A DNA stretch of 64,000 bases, taken from positions 108,998,001-109,062,000 of the forward strand of contig NC_087436.1 of the NCBI RefSeq assembly GCF_036321535.1. Reading direction: 5' to 3'. The translations under genes were made by a program, and so were the position numbers. Source of the DNA: Camelus dromedarius. Its lineage: Eukaryota. Shown piece after piece: positions 37,164-52,221 of this stretch (positions are counted from its first letter, which is position 1; every line of letters starts with the position of its first letter). The notes beneath the pieces were generated by a model. The model was not told the origin of the DNA. It ran no database searches and worked only from the letters and a program-made list of their open reading frames with translations.

Positions 37164-40100
37164 TGTGGGTGTGCTGGGGGACAGGAGGGCAAGTTTTATG
37201 AATAAGTACAAATTCATCCACGCAATTAAAAATGCCTCAGTATGCACCTGCTCTGATAATCTTAGTTCAGTGCTGTATTTTCATACAGGAGATACAAACT
37301 ACCACATTTCTGTGGACAAAAATGAACCAAAAATGAAACCTCCATTATATTCGCCCTCATATCCCTTTAGTTCTGTTTGTCAGTACGTTAGCACGGGCAC
37401 GTGATGGGTGAGAATTTCGTGTCTTCCTTGCCGAGAAGGAAACACCGCTGAAGCGGTCTCTACTTGCAATTTTGGGATAGACGTTAAAAAAAGAAAAATC
37501 TCGTGGTCCATGAAAAGTCTAGATTAAATATACATTCAGCTGTGGCCACTTTCCTCTGGCTGCACAGATCTGTTCCATAAACGGCCAACAATGTGGCTAC
37601 TGCACCATCCTCGATAAAATTTTGTTCCATTGATGCTACTTCTTGCTCTGCTTGTGAGAGCCCACTAGGCTGCCTTTTGGCAACTGATGAGGACACTGTC
37701 AGAGTGACATTTTTACATTTAAAATACAAATATATTATAATGTAAACATTAATTGTATTTTTGCTTTCATCACCAATCTCTCTGAAGTTCCTCAACCTCA
37801 CTGGAACAAGCAGTGATAACTCTAAGGGCCTGATTCATTGCACATCACTTCTAGCAAAGTTATCTGAGTCAACCATACAGCACCCCCGACGCTACCATCA
37901 TGGCTCTAATCTTCTAAGGTCTCTCCATCCCGAAAGCTACACGGCTTGTGCTAATAGAAACTTCCGTTAGTTACATTCTTCTACGGATCTGTGTTTTTAT
38001 CTTGGTAAGCCACTGGTCTACTGACAGAAACTCACGTATGAAAGAAAATGTGAATTAACAGGGTGGCCACTAAAACTCTTCGTATCTAAATACTCCCTTA
38101 CCCTGGGAATTACATGTTCATAGAATGGTTTTGGAGTATAATCCTAAAAAGGATAGCATTCTATATTGTTCAGTTTTTCTATCAGCTAAAACCCTGAAAT
38201 ATATTTACATACAGATTCCTGTTTCTTTTTTAACTACCTGGAAGTAGGTGACAGTTCTGAGGATGACTGTATTAACTGGAAGGGGTGTTGTTTGTTATGA
38301 GTGACACCACCGTCACTATGGGAGGTCTTGCCAGTATCCCCTCCAGTTTTTCTTGGTACCAGAATAACCAATGAAATTGTTGCATCAGATCGTGGCTGGA
38401 AAATTTCTGGGATTCATACTGAAGTGAGCTTCATAGAAATTTAATTTCTCACTCCCTCACCAACGTATTTATCAAATGAATTTAGCTATTCAGAGCACTG
38501 GAGAAGTGAACGGTGGCAGTTAGAGCAATAAGTTAAATTAATGTAATACCCCACAATAGTTGGTTTTGTGTTTGCAAAAATGATCACATTTAGAATCAGC
38601 GCTAGGAAAGGAAATATCTAAATGGTAATGGCTCTCTTGGCTGGGCTAGAAGAAAGAAGACTCTTGGAACAAAGGCACAGAATGAGGCAGCTAAGAATGT
38701 ACACCAGCAAAATAGCACGTCAGCAACTGCAAGGACTGTAAACATTCATCTGGCCACTTCCCAAGACCTTGAAGAAAATTGTCTTTTAGTCTATTTCTGT
38801 GCTTTCAAACCCTGTCAGGCTGTGGTTTGAATGGAGGGGTTCAGGGTTGGCAGTGTCTAAGCTTATTCTGCAGAATGTGACATTTTTCAAAAATTATGTT
38901 TGAATATTTGGATGAGAAGCTAGAGATTGTTTTAGGGGGAAAAAAAACTGGGTACATTTTTGAAGAATTATTTTAATAAAGTATTCAGATCACAAAACTG
39001 CCAGGCTGAAGTAGTCTCTGCTGAGTTTTTAGCACAGTCAAGATTTATTTAATAAATATCCACTGAACCATAGCTGATTAATAAGCACTAATTTCTCCAC
39101 TTTTTTCCAGGACCAAATTTGGTTTTTGATATAGCAAATCCTACTCAACTATTTTTAGTCTCTGCAGTCTCTTATGGTATAAAAGGGAGATCGTTGCTCT
39201 CTTGCACATATTCATTTTAGGAACAGGAATCAAAATAACACACTTTTTTCCAGGTGCACAGGTTTCTCCTGGTGATTTCTTAAACCTGCTGTTTCGGCGG
39301 CATCAGGATTAGGAATATATAAAATACCGAATTTTAACTTATTTAGCTTGGTAAAGCGGATTACTACAACTACCATTCTGTTTGCTTTTTCTTTTTTCAA
39401 ATCCCTCTTTTAAAATAGATTCTTCAAAGAGAATTTCTTATTTCCAGTAGTTGAGTTTGAGTGACAGATAATTCAAAAGATGTTTGTGAGTTATGTAATA
39501 TAAACTCTGAATGGCAGCATCCTTTGATGTGGCCAAATGTCTTAAAATGATATGATTCCTTTTTTCTGTTTTATTTAGATTCTAATTCCACCAAACTAAA
39601 TGTCCTTCTAATAATGTGATTTTTACATCCACCTGGCTTTTCTAAATCTGCTTATTTCTATATTCTAACCCCTTGGGACTGTATCCCTTGTAACTGGCTC
39701 TCTTCTTTCATTCATCTTCCCACCCACAGTTTGCCTTTCTTCTAAGTCTATCTTCCTTCTTCTCTTTGCCATCAACTTGTGATTCATTTTCCATCCAGGA
39801 TGCTTTTTCGAGATCCTCTCCTGAAAGTTCTTATTCAAGGGTAATCACATCTTTAATCTGTTTCTATAACAAGGAGATGATATCAGAGCCAAAGGGAGAT
39901 GCTAAATCAAGTTATAATAAAATGGTAGAAGAGTCAGAGTAGCTCTCTACGAGCAAACCAACACGTAGGGAATTCTGCACACTCGATTAGCCCCAGATGA
40001 AGAGAAGGTGCTCAGGAACAAGAATCAGACACGTTTCTGATCACAATGCACAGAGTCTTAGTCAGAGCATCAGAAGTCAGTCAGGCCAAGGTAGTGAGCT

Positions 40101-42922
40101 AGATGTGTTCCTTAAGTGTGTGGAGTCAGGAGGGTAGTGGTGGTCATTTCAATGGGTTGCTTTAAGCATTAAATGAAATGCTAATGAATTTTGAGCACAG
40201 ACTATAGTAAGAGCAAGCACAAAGGCCACAGCAACTCCTGACATTCTTGCCTAGACTCCAAAGAAGGCGGGGTGCTAGGAGGACATGAGCGGTTTACTTA
40301 CAAGGAGAAAAGGAAAGGAAGTCTTCCTCTGCACATTTGTTCAAACTTCAGCGCAAAGGCAAATTCGAGCTTGGTGTCTACTCATTCATTACAAGCTCAC
40401 TGAGTACTTTCTGTCTATGCCAGAAGCTTTTGAAATTTGGGAAAACTCTAGGGGTTACTATTATCAAAAACATGGGAGAGTGGAAAAGGGCACTGAGAGA
40501 TAATTTCCCGTTGGGTAGCAACACCTAGATTTAATGATTTTATGTTTTTAAGGACTGCAACTGTGATTTGCAAATTTGGCACGGACAACCACCAGACGTA
40601 ACAGCACAAAACTAAGAAGGAGAGGTTCTTTTTGCTCTTGTATTGCTGCTTGGCAAGGGACTACCACTTGCTTGCTGATACAACTTCCATCTTCTAACTT
40701 TCCTCCTTCCAAATGTTTACCAGTTCCAAGAAATGTTAAATCACTGCCAACATTAGCCCTCAAAAGATGTTTGCCATAAAGGAGAAATGAAATCTAGCCT
40801 CACGGATACAAATGTTACTAACGACATTGAAATGATGGAGGCCAGTCTAGGATACCTAGATTGATTTAAGATTAGGCCTTGATTTAAGAGAGTCTTGTAG
40901 CATCAGCTGTATGGATTAGAGGTGTGTTTAGCTTAATAATTCAAAGGGGAGATGAGTAGAAAGTTTGGTTACCAATTTGTCTCTGTCAGTTACTTTAATC
41001 TATAATGGAAGAACTGCTGGACCTCAAATCCATTAAAACTTGTAGACAGACTTGCTTACTTGACTCAAATCACTAGCGATGCACCTGACACCAATGTTGC
41101 CACCCACTGAAAATCATGTCTCACTTTGATTTATAACTGAAAGCTCCAAACAGAAATTTCTAACTATACCCCAGGGTCTGCCTTCATTCTGGTGTCCCTT
41201 GGACATATGGGTCAAATAACAGAATCTTCCAGTATAAAGTCAGACGTCGATCAAAGGCAACTGAGGAAAAATTAGGGGATACTGAGCACAACTAACGAGT
41301 AATTCAGCAGTAGAGACACATGCATCAACTACAGAATACCGTCTCAAGAGCGTGTGGAAAATGGGACTGCACGTTTTGGAAGATGTGTTTTAAGGTCCTG
41401 GCAAGCCAGCAAGGGGCTGGAATTCACTAAGTGAATAGAAATATGAGCCTGAAGATTGTAAGAAAAGTCATGGCTAGATATCTGAAGCTACTGGGCTGAA
41501 ACCAATTAGTTTAATGGAGCTCAGGAGAGTACCTCACGTATGCCAGTATTAAAGACTGGATAAGAAAGAGATGCCAGCAAAGGGATGAAGAAGAGGCAAC
41601 AAGAATGTAGAAGCAGGAGCTGTGGCCACTGTCTAAGATGTAAAGAGGACAAAGAAGCCAAAAAGAAGCTCCTGAAATTGGCCAGAGGGAATCCATTGGT
41701 CTCCCTGTAGTTTCGGAGGAGGGGAGGACATGGTCCTTAGGTGTTGGGGGATTAAAATCCTACAAATTTGCATTACATAAATGGTTAATCAAAAACACGA
41801 AGATGGGTAATGCACCTCTGGTATCCCCTGGTCATCTGCTACATACACATAGAAACCTGGGCCAGTAAATCAACTTCTTGAGTCACACATAAACGAAAAA
41901 GAGCAATCATTATTTTTTAGAATTATTGCATCAGAGAGAATATAGACGTACCATATCTAAGAATAAAAAATAATTGGTTTTCATCACCTATTAAAATAAA
42001 TGTCTGTTAAAATTTTCACAGTGTTTTAAGTTTAATACAAGTATAATGAAAAATAACCTGTTTGTTTATAAATATGGTGCCTAACTATGTGGAAATCTGA
42101 ATTTTTCTTAGGCAGTGAGTAAACCATAATCCCCTAGAGCTAAGGTTATTTCAGAATTATAACTATGTGCTAGCAATACTAAATCTGAAAATGAGAAAAG
42201 GACTTGACCACGTTCTAAATACTTCTTCAAAACTGCTCTAACTAAATTATTCATCACTTCAGTTTGGGCTGAATTATTTAATCACTTTCATACGTTGGTT
42301 AAGTGACTACGGACAGTATTAACCAATAATTCTGATACACAAAACAAAAGGCCTTCAGCTTGTCAAGATCATCCCCCAAAAGGAAGACATCAATTTCACT
42401 GAAAAAAAAATGACAGTATTACAATATTATTAACTAAGAGATGTGGAATTTTTCCTAGAAATTCTAGAAACTAGAGGATTCTTAACCTACAAAATTAGCA
42501 AAAGAGATCAACCATGTTGGGGTAGAATGTTGATCATTCTAGGATATGAAAAGTTCCCAGGTTTCTCAATGCCTTAGCTGATCTTTACCGATAAAGCAAT
42601 GAAGTATGCTGAGCACCGTATCTCTGCCTCCTCACTGGGGTTCCTGGCTACCAGACACCTGCCCATTTGGGCTGCTTCCTCTCTTTTGTGTTCCAGACTC
42701 AATTCCACTTGACTCACTGTAAGATCTCTTGATGCCCTGATGGACTTGCTGGTATCAGTTATCATTCCACAGCTGTTTGGTTTTGATACACTTATTAATA
42801 CTATATATATATTTCTATCTCTAAACTTCCATGTTATTTTTAAATTATCTATTTAATAACTGTATTTATCAGCAGAATATAAGCTTCATGAAGGCATTTT
42901 CCCCCTATTTAATACTGCATCC

Positions 42923-43082
42923 TTTTTAAAACAATTTTTATTTATTTATTTATCATTGTATTATTTTATTTTATTTTATTTTTTGGCAGGGGGGTGATTA
43001 GGTTTATTTATTTCTAGAGGAGGTACTGGGGATTGAACCCAGGACCTCGTGAATGCTAAGCACGTAAGCTATACCTTCCTCC
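42923..43082 (-). mobile_element. Vic-1-type SINE with internal deletion, nested in an L2 3' end
   Basis: ggaggtactggggattgaacccaggacctcgtgaatgctaagcacg...agctataccttcc is the reverse of the same family as 20337; (TTTTA)n tail; L2-like flanks at about 42870-43160. Confidence 0.85.
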
Positions 43083-44477
43083 AGCACTGTACTCTTAATA
43101 CCTTAGGACTATGTCTGATACCTAACAGGCAATCATATAATAGTTGTTGAATGAAAGAAGGAACATTTGATTTGTTTCCATTAGACTGCTCACTCTTTAA
43201 CACATTTAAGTGTTTGATAAATGTCTGTCAAATTAAAAATGAACAATTTAGTTGCCTGTACAGCTAAAACTTCCTAAACCAAGAGCAATATAGGGAATAC
43301 TAGAAATTAACAATAGTCTACATTCCACAGTGACATTTTCAATGAAAAACTGGAGAGGGCAGAAGCCTCCATTTTTTTGAAGATTGCTTGAGCATTTTAA
43401 TTTCATCTGATAGTTAAAAGATGAGGACATGGCATTTTGGTTATAACAACAAGTCATGACCATCTGCTTCCATTCAAGAATGCCCTAATCTTGGTATTAA
43501 TTAAATATGCTCTGCCAATTTATTTCATCCAGTTCATTTATTTCTGTTGTGCACTGAAACTATGAGATTATACCACAAAGAATATACTATGAAAAATGTA
43601 AGATAAAAAATTGTATTGAAAGCATTAATTGCACAAAATAATAGCATTGCCTTTTCTAGTAGAGAAATTATTTAATTATATTTAAATATAGCTATGTAAA
43701 CATGTTTTCAAATAAGCACTATTCATTTTCCTGCTGTAATTTGAAATCACATATTTACAAACTTTAATATTAGGAGTATGTACTTACATGATTTTCATGA
43801 ATAAATAAAATATTAAACTGGCATAACTATGGGAAAAATTAAATTGACATATAAAAAAACCTCAAATTATAAAATATTTAGATAAGCATCATTTTATTGC
43901 TTTCAAGTTCATAAAGCATGTAAGCTCAAAAACACAGTACTCAGTAGATTTCCCAGAGTTAATTATTTTAATTAATAGATTAGAATACTTTGCCTCTGCT
44001 AATCCATTTATGACGAGTAAATATTTCTCGCAAAGCACGTAAGAGTGGTTCACAATATTTTGACAAACACCGAGAAATGCTGGCACAGAACACTGTGGGT
44101 TTCAGTGTTTGCCATCTCTCTAAAATTATGTTAAGTTATAGAAAAACTGAGTCATTCTTACAGTTTGCTAAATGTAATTGCATTATATTTGTTGAGTTCT
44201 GAATGTCTACACTTCTTGACAACTGGTCTACATCTATGCTGTATACCTTGAAATATCTGTGATATGTTAATTTGATAACTCAGTGAATGTTAAACTTATC
44301 TACCACAGTTCCAGCATTTTCCTTTACCACAGCTCGGCTCCTGCAGGTCCACCCACCTAGAGCGCTGTCCTCACACTTGACTGCTTGTCCAGACAGCTGA
44401 CCTAGACACTCTTGTATGAAACCTTTCACAGCCACTCTCCTCAGACACGATTTCTCCCTCTGAGATCTTATAGGAAA

Positions 44478-44670
44478 CTGCACTGTCCAATGGTAGCCAC
44501 TAGTCACATATGACTTTAAGTTTACATTTAAATTAAATAAAATTAAAAATTTACTTCCTCAGTCACAGTAGCTACATTTCAACAACCACACATGACTAGA
44601 GCTACCATACTGGATAACACAGAAAACAGAATTTTTCTATCCTTGCAAAAAGTTCTACCAGGCAACACTG
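44478..44670 (-). mobile_element. MER3 hAT-Charlie MITE
   Basis: ctgcactgtccaatggtagccactagtcacat...aaattaaaaatttacttcctcagtcacag...aaagttctaccaggcaacactg. Confidence 0.8.
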
Positions 44671-45944
44671 ATCCAGACCAATTTTCCTTCTAGCGTATTT
44701 CCATTCATGCTACACTAAGAACATAAGATGTGATTAATGAAATAAGGTCAAATCAGTGAGATAAATTTTAAGTTAGACATTTATGTATGTGTGTGTGTAT
44801 TTATGTTTGTGTGTATGTATGTGTTGTACTTCTGGGAACATTTACTAAATTAATGTGAACTATGATGCTCTAAGAAGAATATCTTGAATATCTCAAACTT
44901 ACATTATCATAAAATACTTTGTTTTCAAGAAATATCTCCACAGAATGCTAAGCTTTAAGAATTACAGATAGACACCAGCATTCTTCAAGATAGAGTATGA
45001 GTATGCCTGGGTCCAGAAAGTGTAACAGAATCAGTCTGCAGTCTCTCAACTTGCCCATATGATCTTTCTAGAATCGATCTGCCCAATAACATGGCTACAA
45101 GTAAGTTTTTATGTTAGGGTCTCCCCTAGCTCCCCCTTGACAATCATCTGCACTTTACAGAAAAATGATACACCTTTCAGCCCACCAGCAATTTACCATG
45201 GGGCACCGCCCCAGGGGAACATCTGTGGCTGCGAAAGAATAATTTAAAGCATTGGTTATTTGCAAAGGCTCTTGCAATCAATGCACATAATCCCAGAAAG
45301 GCATTTCCAATACAATTTTAATTTCAATTTTAAAAATAAATATTAACATATTGATAAATAATTATGCTGTTCTAATCAATGTTGCACAAGTATTACTGGC
45401 AATAATTAATTTTAAGGAAAAAATTTAAAACTCACAGATCTTTGGTGGTAGGGAATTTTAAAAATTCAAATTATATACATATTTTTGGTAGCGAAGAATG
45501 ATATAATTCTCTGAGGTACTGGAAATAAAAATTCAAGGAGAAAAATAGAAGTTTGAGGAAAAAGAACAACTTAAAATATTGAAGATCTTGTTCTATTTTT
45601 TCCCCAAATTAGCTATGATATTTAGAGTCCACCAAACATATTTAAAAGTACATTGGAAGAGTTTTGTTTTAAATATTGATATTTACAATACACTGCAAAT
45701 TACATCTCTTGTAACCACTTAGAACTACAAAAAAAAAATCAGATGCTCACTTAAAATGTTTGGAGGAGGGAACATAGTTTTTAAAACTTCCTTCTTTTGT
45801 CAATAAATCATGGCATGTTGTCCCACGTCATATTTTGGTTGGTGTTTTGAAATGTTATAATAAAAAATTGGCAGCTAACCTATAATGAGTGCTTACTGTA
45901 AGTCAGTCAAGCATGTTTTATGTATGTTAAATAAACTGATCCTT

Positions 45945-46345
45945 TTCCCCCAGCTTTATTGAAAAATAATTGGCAAATATAATTGTGTGTATTTCAAATG
46001 TGCAACCTTTGATGATGTGATATACATCCACAGTGTGGAATGATTAACACTCGCAAGATAATTAACACATCCATCACCTCACGTAGTTAACTTCTGTGTG
46101 TATGGAGGGAGAATGCTAAAGATTTACTCTCAGCAACTTTTAAGTATAGGATACCATACTGTTAACTATTGTCACTGTGTCACACATTAGATTCTCAGAA
46201 CTTGCTATTCTTATAACTGAAAGTTTGTACCTTTGACCTACGTCTCCACATTTTCCCAGCCCCTGGAAAGTACCATTCTATTCTCTGTTTCTGTGACAAT
46301 GACATTTTCTTTCTTTTTAGATTCTTTTTTTTTTTTAGTTTACAT
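45945..46345 (-). mobile_element. L1MA-type 3' end inserted into a MIR (MIR halves at about 45870-45940 and 46350-46530)
   Basis: cagctttattgaaaaataattggcaaat...attaacacatccatcacctcac...cttataactgaaagtttgtacctttgacc. Confidence 0.8.
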
Positions 46346-47516
46346 ATAATAACTCACCTAATCTTAACAAAACCTTTTCAGGTGCGTTCTATCATCATCT
46401 CTGCCTGTACGTGAGGAAACTGAGACACAGGCTGATTAAGCTAGTAAGTTACACAACCAGTGGAAAGGGAGGCTGGGATGTAGGCCCGGCTAAACCAGGC
46501 TGGGCGTCACCCTGTAACCCATGTGCAATGTTACCTGTTTAGAAATGTTCTTCCAGCCTAAACATTCAAGTGTGGAAACCTTACCTTTTCAGCTAGGTTT
46601 GCAAACATCTGCATGCTCCACAACACCCAGGGTTTAGTTTTACGCCTAAAACGTGTGTAATAAACCTTTGCTGATTATACATTTAGAATCTTCAAGAATT
46701 TCTCTCCTCTATCTAATAAGTAAGAGCGGTAATCTCCAAACATCTAAAATTAAGGATGGTAACCTTCTATCCCATTTTTGAGGAGGAACTTCCATCCATA
46801 CATTTGACTAGAAGTGGAAAGACACACAAAACAAGTGGAATAGTGGTTCTCTTTTGGTATTGTTAGACATTGTTAAATTTGGTTCTTGAGTTTTTTATTG
46901 TTTGCATTTCCCTATTCTTTGAGATTTCTATGTTGGGCATAGATCACTCTTGCAATAGGCGGAGAAATTATTTGTTACCGAGACACTGTTTGGCATTCAC
47001 AAGTACGGAAAACAAAGGGAAAGCGAGGGATACAGATGCACAAGGAACAGCACGGTCCCCAGAGGAAGAGGGTAACACAGGATGTGAGTCGGAGGGTCTG
47101 GCCTGAACACTGGGAGGGCTCACGTCTCCTTACCTGGCATTGGGAAGCCACAGGGCCCTGGCAGCCCTAGGAGCGGGGCCCACGTTCAGACAAAGCGGAA
47201 GCAAAACATTTGACTTGTTAGAGGCTATGAGAGGAATTTCCAGAAATCACGTACTTTTCATTTCCTCATATATTTTAAAGACAACTTAGTCAATTTCCAA
47301 AGGATTATCACCCGATTGATCTGAGAAGCCTAGTTCTTTCCTTGGGCTCCTCAGGTGACGGCTCTGTCTTCCCCAAGCATGGGAGGAAGTGGTAGCCACT
47401 GACTGGCAGTTTTCAGCTCTGCCTTTGAAATCTAGCGGCATGCAGTTTTCTTTCTCTTCTTAAGAGTAGTATGATGGATTTTTATTTACAGAAGTACAAA
47501 TGCTTAAAAGCCATAC

Positions 47517-47680
47517 CTTGACATGTAAATTTTTTGGAGGGAGTTGTGAGCAATAGTTTATCTGCCATTTCTCCAGGACCAGCACAGCGAGCAATTCCGG
47601 GTTCTTTGTATTCCGACTTCACCCAGTCGGATAACCACTGCATGTTACAATCACAGTAAAGAGGGTTGGCTCCAATTGCT
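47517..47680 (-). CDS. SLIT2: SLIT2 exon (~26), LRR-CT cap of domain 4
   Basis: 164 nt; ttccag|A...G|gtatgg; [54 protein letters not shown]. Confidence 0.97.
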
Positions 47681-48439
47681 CTGGAAAACAACACCACAAA
47701 AGCACACACACACACGCACAAGTTCAGAAGGACTGTTATTTCCTAAGGGAACATAATTCAAAGTGATGCTCAGTAGAAAACGCCTATAGATTCATTGATA
47801 AAAATTTAGAAGAAAATAGAGACATTGTCGATTTCCCATTTTCCTGAATTCTGTGCAACTGCAATTTAGTGAGCTGTCACTAGAGTTAACACTCATCTGG
47901 TTTTACAAGGTCTCCTTGTATCTGCAGACAGGTTTATACGGGGTGTAGGCACACCCAAAATGTAGACTAACACGTCCTTCATTCACCAATGATTTACTGA
48001 GGACCCAATCATTATGCCAGGTGCTGGGGACCCAAATACAAATAATACATTATTTTTAGCCCCCAAAACTCCTTTGGCAAAGGAGATTAACATATACTCA
48101 TACATACAAATAATTTTCATTAGAAGGGCTACAGTAGAAAAATTCACAAGATGATTGTGAAGAGAGGGTAACTTTTCTGGGAGACTGGTACTTTAAGAAG
48201 TCGGAACTTTTAGATACTTATATTCAAGTAGGTGGAAAAGGTTGGAAAGGATATTTCAGTGCAAAGGACCAGAACAAAGGCAAGAAGATAAGGAAGGGCA
48301 TGAAATAATAAAAATGCACAAAGCTCGTTCCCCAGGGCTGATATGGAACGTCATTTGATGTCTGTCCCTTTAACATTTTTTCATTTCAGAGCTTTGGTTC
48401 CTACTCACACAGGCAGTTGTAGTGACAGGAAACGTCATC

Positions 48440-48600
48440 GAGATAATAGCATCTCTGCACCATTCTGGTATGCAGGAGCTGTGCTAAGCCATTAACATGA
48501 ATTGACTCATTTTATCCTAAACAGAGACTCTATGAGGTCAATACTATTAAAAACCTATTTTACAGATTAGAAAACTGAGGCCAGATAAGTTTCCCAATGG
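48440..48600 (-). mobile_element. MIR SINE
   Basis: tgactcattttatcct...cctattttacagattagaaaactgaggcc. Confidence 0.65.
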
Positions 48601-50254
48601 GTTCACAAATTCACCAAGCTTGCGCACAAGTAGTATACGCATAAAGTAACATTTAAAAACTGATCAATTCTGATTTATAATTAACTTCAGATTAGTCATG
48701 TTTCTAGGTATAAAGTCTAAGCAAAATTAATCTTATTCTTTTATTAAGCGACTTTCAAAATATACTTGTAAAGCCGTAATACTTTATGCTGTAGCTATTT
48801 TAATCCCCAACTCTAGCTGAGAATTGGAGTGTAGTAAATGTCATGTTTCTATGCATGTCAGATTCGAAACTTTCTTCTAAATTAAAAATGAGGTTCTTGA
48901 GTCATTTGATCTCATCTCTACTGACAGTTGCTAAATCCTTACTATGCTAGGAGACAGCGTAAAAAAAGTGAACAGAGCAGAGCTCTCTGTGATCCAGGGG
49001 GTAAAAGACACATGAGATACATAACAAAACAGGACGCATGACAAAGAAGATTCGAACTGCTCCCACCTTGGGGCAGAGGGTCACATAAAGGACAATGTTA
49101 CTTAGCTCAAGCAGCACCTTCCCTATGCGGCCTTCTCTGACCCTAACACTATCAGGATGCCATTCTCTGCCATGGCACCGCCGTCCTGTACCCCTGAGCT
49201 GGGGTCTCATTCACATGGGACCTCAGGCAAATGACTTCCATGAAGTTTGTAGAGAAGTGGCCCTGATGTCAACTTTGAGGCAGGTGTTGGGGCTCAGACT
49301 TGAAAAACTGGAGGTCTTGCCTCTAGGGACCTAAGAGTTTCATGGAAGGGATATTAATACTAAGTCCAAACAGTCAGATGGACAAAGCCGTATACTGACA
49401 GCACAGCCCCTACAAGGGAAAATTCAGATGGCACATGAGTGACTACTGGTTCCTAGCCTCTGCCCATCCCCTTCTCTCAATTTTCTAAACTTCGTATCTT
49501 CTTGGGGTTTGGAAGGTTTTGGAGAGGAGGGCAAATCCAAGAAAAAATATGGCCAGCAACCTCCTCTGGAGAACCGGGAGCCAACTGACACTGATATTTA
49601 AGCTGAAGCAGGTAACTGCTGCCAGGTGACGCGACACTCAGCCTGACCTAAGAAAGCCTTGGATTGTAGGGCTGTTCTCTGAACCTCCTTCCCCACTTGC
49701 CCATGGTCTTAACAGTACAACTAAGAAAATGGGAGAGCGGAATTTGACCCAGTGGAGGGTTCTGGACCTCATTATGATTTTATTGTACTTCCAAGAAATA
49801 TGGAGGTACAAACGGCCTGCTATGAGAGAATGCAAAGGAAAAACATTTCACCCGATATGAGGATTTGGCTGTTCCCCTCTACCACACTAAATGCCTTAAA
49901 CCTTGTCTAATTTATTTTTGCATGGTGCCATAGTCAATGCTGAGTCATATTTGCTAAAGAAATGAATCCACTTTGAGCAAAGCAGGATAGGCTTCCTGGA
50001 GCAGCGGATACTTGGGATGTGCCTTAGAAAAGCAGGGTTTGGCAAGATGGCATTGAAGGGGAGCTGATATTTAGAATTAGAGAGCACTAAGAGAAAAAGT
50101 GCAGGCTAGGAAGTTAGGGAGCCATGCTTGTAAGAAGAGACATTTTTATAAGCAAAGAGAACTCAGCTAATGGGCTGTTAGGGTCAGAAGGATAAATTAA
50201 GGCTATATTGCAGAGGCCGCCATATCTAAATTGAAAATATTTACATTTTCATTT

Positions 50255-50442
50255 CTTCTGTATAACGCAGGGAACTCTATTCAGTATTTTGTAATAATCT
50301 TTAATAAAAATATGAAAATGAATATATGTATATATTCATTTTGTATGTATATGTATATGTATGTATATTCATCACTGGGACATTGTGCTGTACACCAGAA
50401 ATTGACACATTATAATTGACCATACTTCAATTAAAAAAAAAA
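50255..50442 (+). mobile_element. Short L1 3' end with poly(A)
   Basis: gcagggaactctattcagtattttgtaataa...tgtgctgtacaccagaaattgacacattataattgaccatacttcaattaaaaaaaaaa; degenerate TSD gaaaatatttacattttcattt / gaaaaactttacgttttattt. Confidence 0.85.
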
Positions 50443-50557
50443 GAAAAACTTTACGTTTTATTTAAAGATGGAACCAATCACATTTTATGATGTGACAATA
50501 AAAAAGGCGGCAGAGGATTGTTTGTTCTAAACCCACACTCATGAGCTAGATACTCAC

Positions 50558-50629
50558 AGGTGTGACAATGCAGAAAGATCGTTGAAAGCACCTTCAGGCA
50601 CAACAGAAATGTCATTTCCATGTAGAGAA
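50558..50629 (-). CDS. SLIT2: SLIT2 exon (~25), single LRR
   Basis: 72 nt; ttttag|T...CT|gtgagt; [24 protein letters not shown]. Confidence 0.96.
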
Positions 50630-50699
50630 CTAAAAGCAAGAAAAAGCAAAATTAAATTTCCTATTATTTCAGGGAGTTCAGAAAAACCCCCATGCATAT

Positions 50700-51900
50700 A
50701 TGAAACTTTATAACAAACTTTTAAATCAGTGTAGAAAAGATGGTCTATTCAAGAAACAGTCTTTATACAAATGGATATCTATTTGGGAAAGCAGAAAGTT
50801 AGTACCTACCTCACATCATAAGCATAAAGTAAATTCTAGGTTGAAGAGTTAAATGTAAAAATAAAATTGAAAATGTATTAAAAGAAAATACAGCAGTGTT
50901 CCTTTTTATAAATGTGGGACATTAAGGGCTTTTAAAAGCACTACATTATAAAACTCAGAAACCATCATGGGAAAAAGTGATATATTTTTGACATTGTAAA
51001 ATATATCCATAATATAAAAGATTACATATAAAGAACAGAATGGGAAATATTTGCAACATATGTAAGCTATAAGGATTAACTCCTTTGTAAAAAGACCTGT
51101 AAACTTGGAGTCAGGTGGGAGATGTATAAAGGCATGTATGTTAATGAGGAAAAGACAAAGTACACCGCAGAAAATGGGAAATAATGTGATCAGGCTCATA
51201 GAATAAGAAGCACAAATGCTCAATAAACAAATAAAATATTCTCAAATGCTCTAGTAATTGGAACTGCAAATTGAAACAGGAACAGAAAATAAAGTTCCAT
51301 CTGTCATATGGCAAAAATGAAAGGACTGATAATATTCAATATTTGCAAGAGTGCTTTGAAATAGGTGCTGTATTAAAACAGCTGGTGGAAAATAAATTTG
51401 TAAATTGACAAAATCTTATTTGGGGAACAACAAGATGGTGACTTTGGTATTCTCCTAATGTGCCTGACAGTAAGATGGATGTGTAGAATGTTCACTCTAG
51501 CACTGCAGAGACAAAAAAAATCTAGAATCAAATCTAATGATAGTAAAGATGAAAGCTGGTTAAATAAGGTACGGTTCCTTCATTCTATGAAGTATTCTGT
51601 ATCATTTAAGCAGTTGAGAAATATGATACAGATGGACTGGAAGAAGGCTAAACCATATTGTTAAATAAAATTAGTCAATGGCAGAACAAGAAAAACCCTA
51701 TTTATGGTTTTTAAGTTATATAGCAGTGGGCATTCATATATCAATATATAAAACCAAGCACAGAATAAGGACCAGAAAAAAACATCAAACTGTTTAACTG
51801 TCAATTCTGGGGGAGAGGACTGGGATTGAGGATCATGTTTTATTTCATATAATTTTAGATAAATTGTGTATCGTAAAAATACGTTGGTGTATTATGTAAT
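50700..51900 (+). mobile_element. Old L1 (L1ME/L1M5-like) ORF2 and 3' remnants filling most of the intron
   Basis: aaagatggtctattcaagaaac...cctacctcacatcata...gagttaaatgtaaaa...tgggaaatatttgcaacat; A-rich. Confidence 0.65.
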
Positions 51901-52221
51901 TTCTAGAGAAATTAAAATTTCCTCTTTTTCTTTCAAAATTACTTGGATCTATACAAAACTACGTCTTAATATCATATAGCAGCAAATTAATGACTACAGC
52001 AACAATGTGTTACAAAAGAGAAAAATATGTTCTCCAAGTAAAAGCTGTTGGGCAATGATACAGTAAAATGTAATTTTCCTATTTCCAAATCTGTAGCAAC
52101 TCATAATACATACTACTGAAAATACCTGAAAATAAACACAAAGCAGTTAAATCATTAAAAAGACAGTCCAAAACCCAGATCCCCGAGAAAAGAAGTATTT
52201 TGTTAAACATAAGATGCTTAC

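Noticed and set aside
49300..49900. Possible ancient Gypsy-type or ERVL LTR remnant
   Set aside because: Could not define termini, TSD or family by eye.
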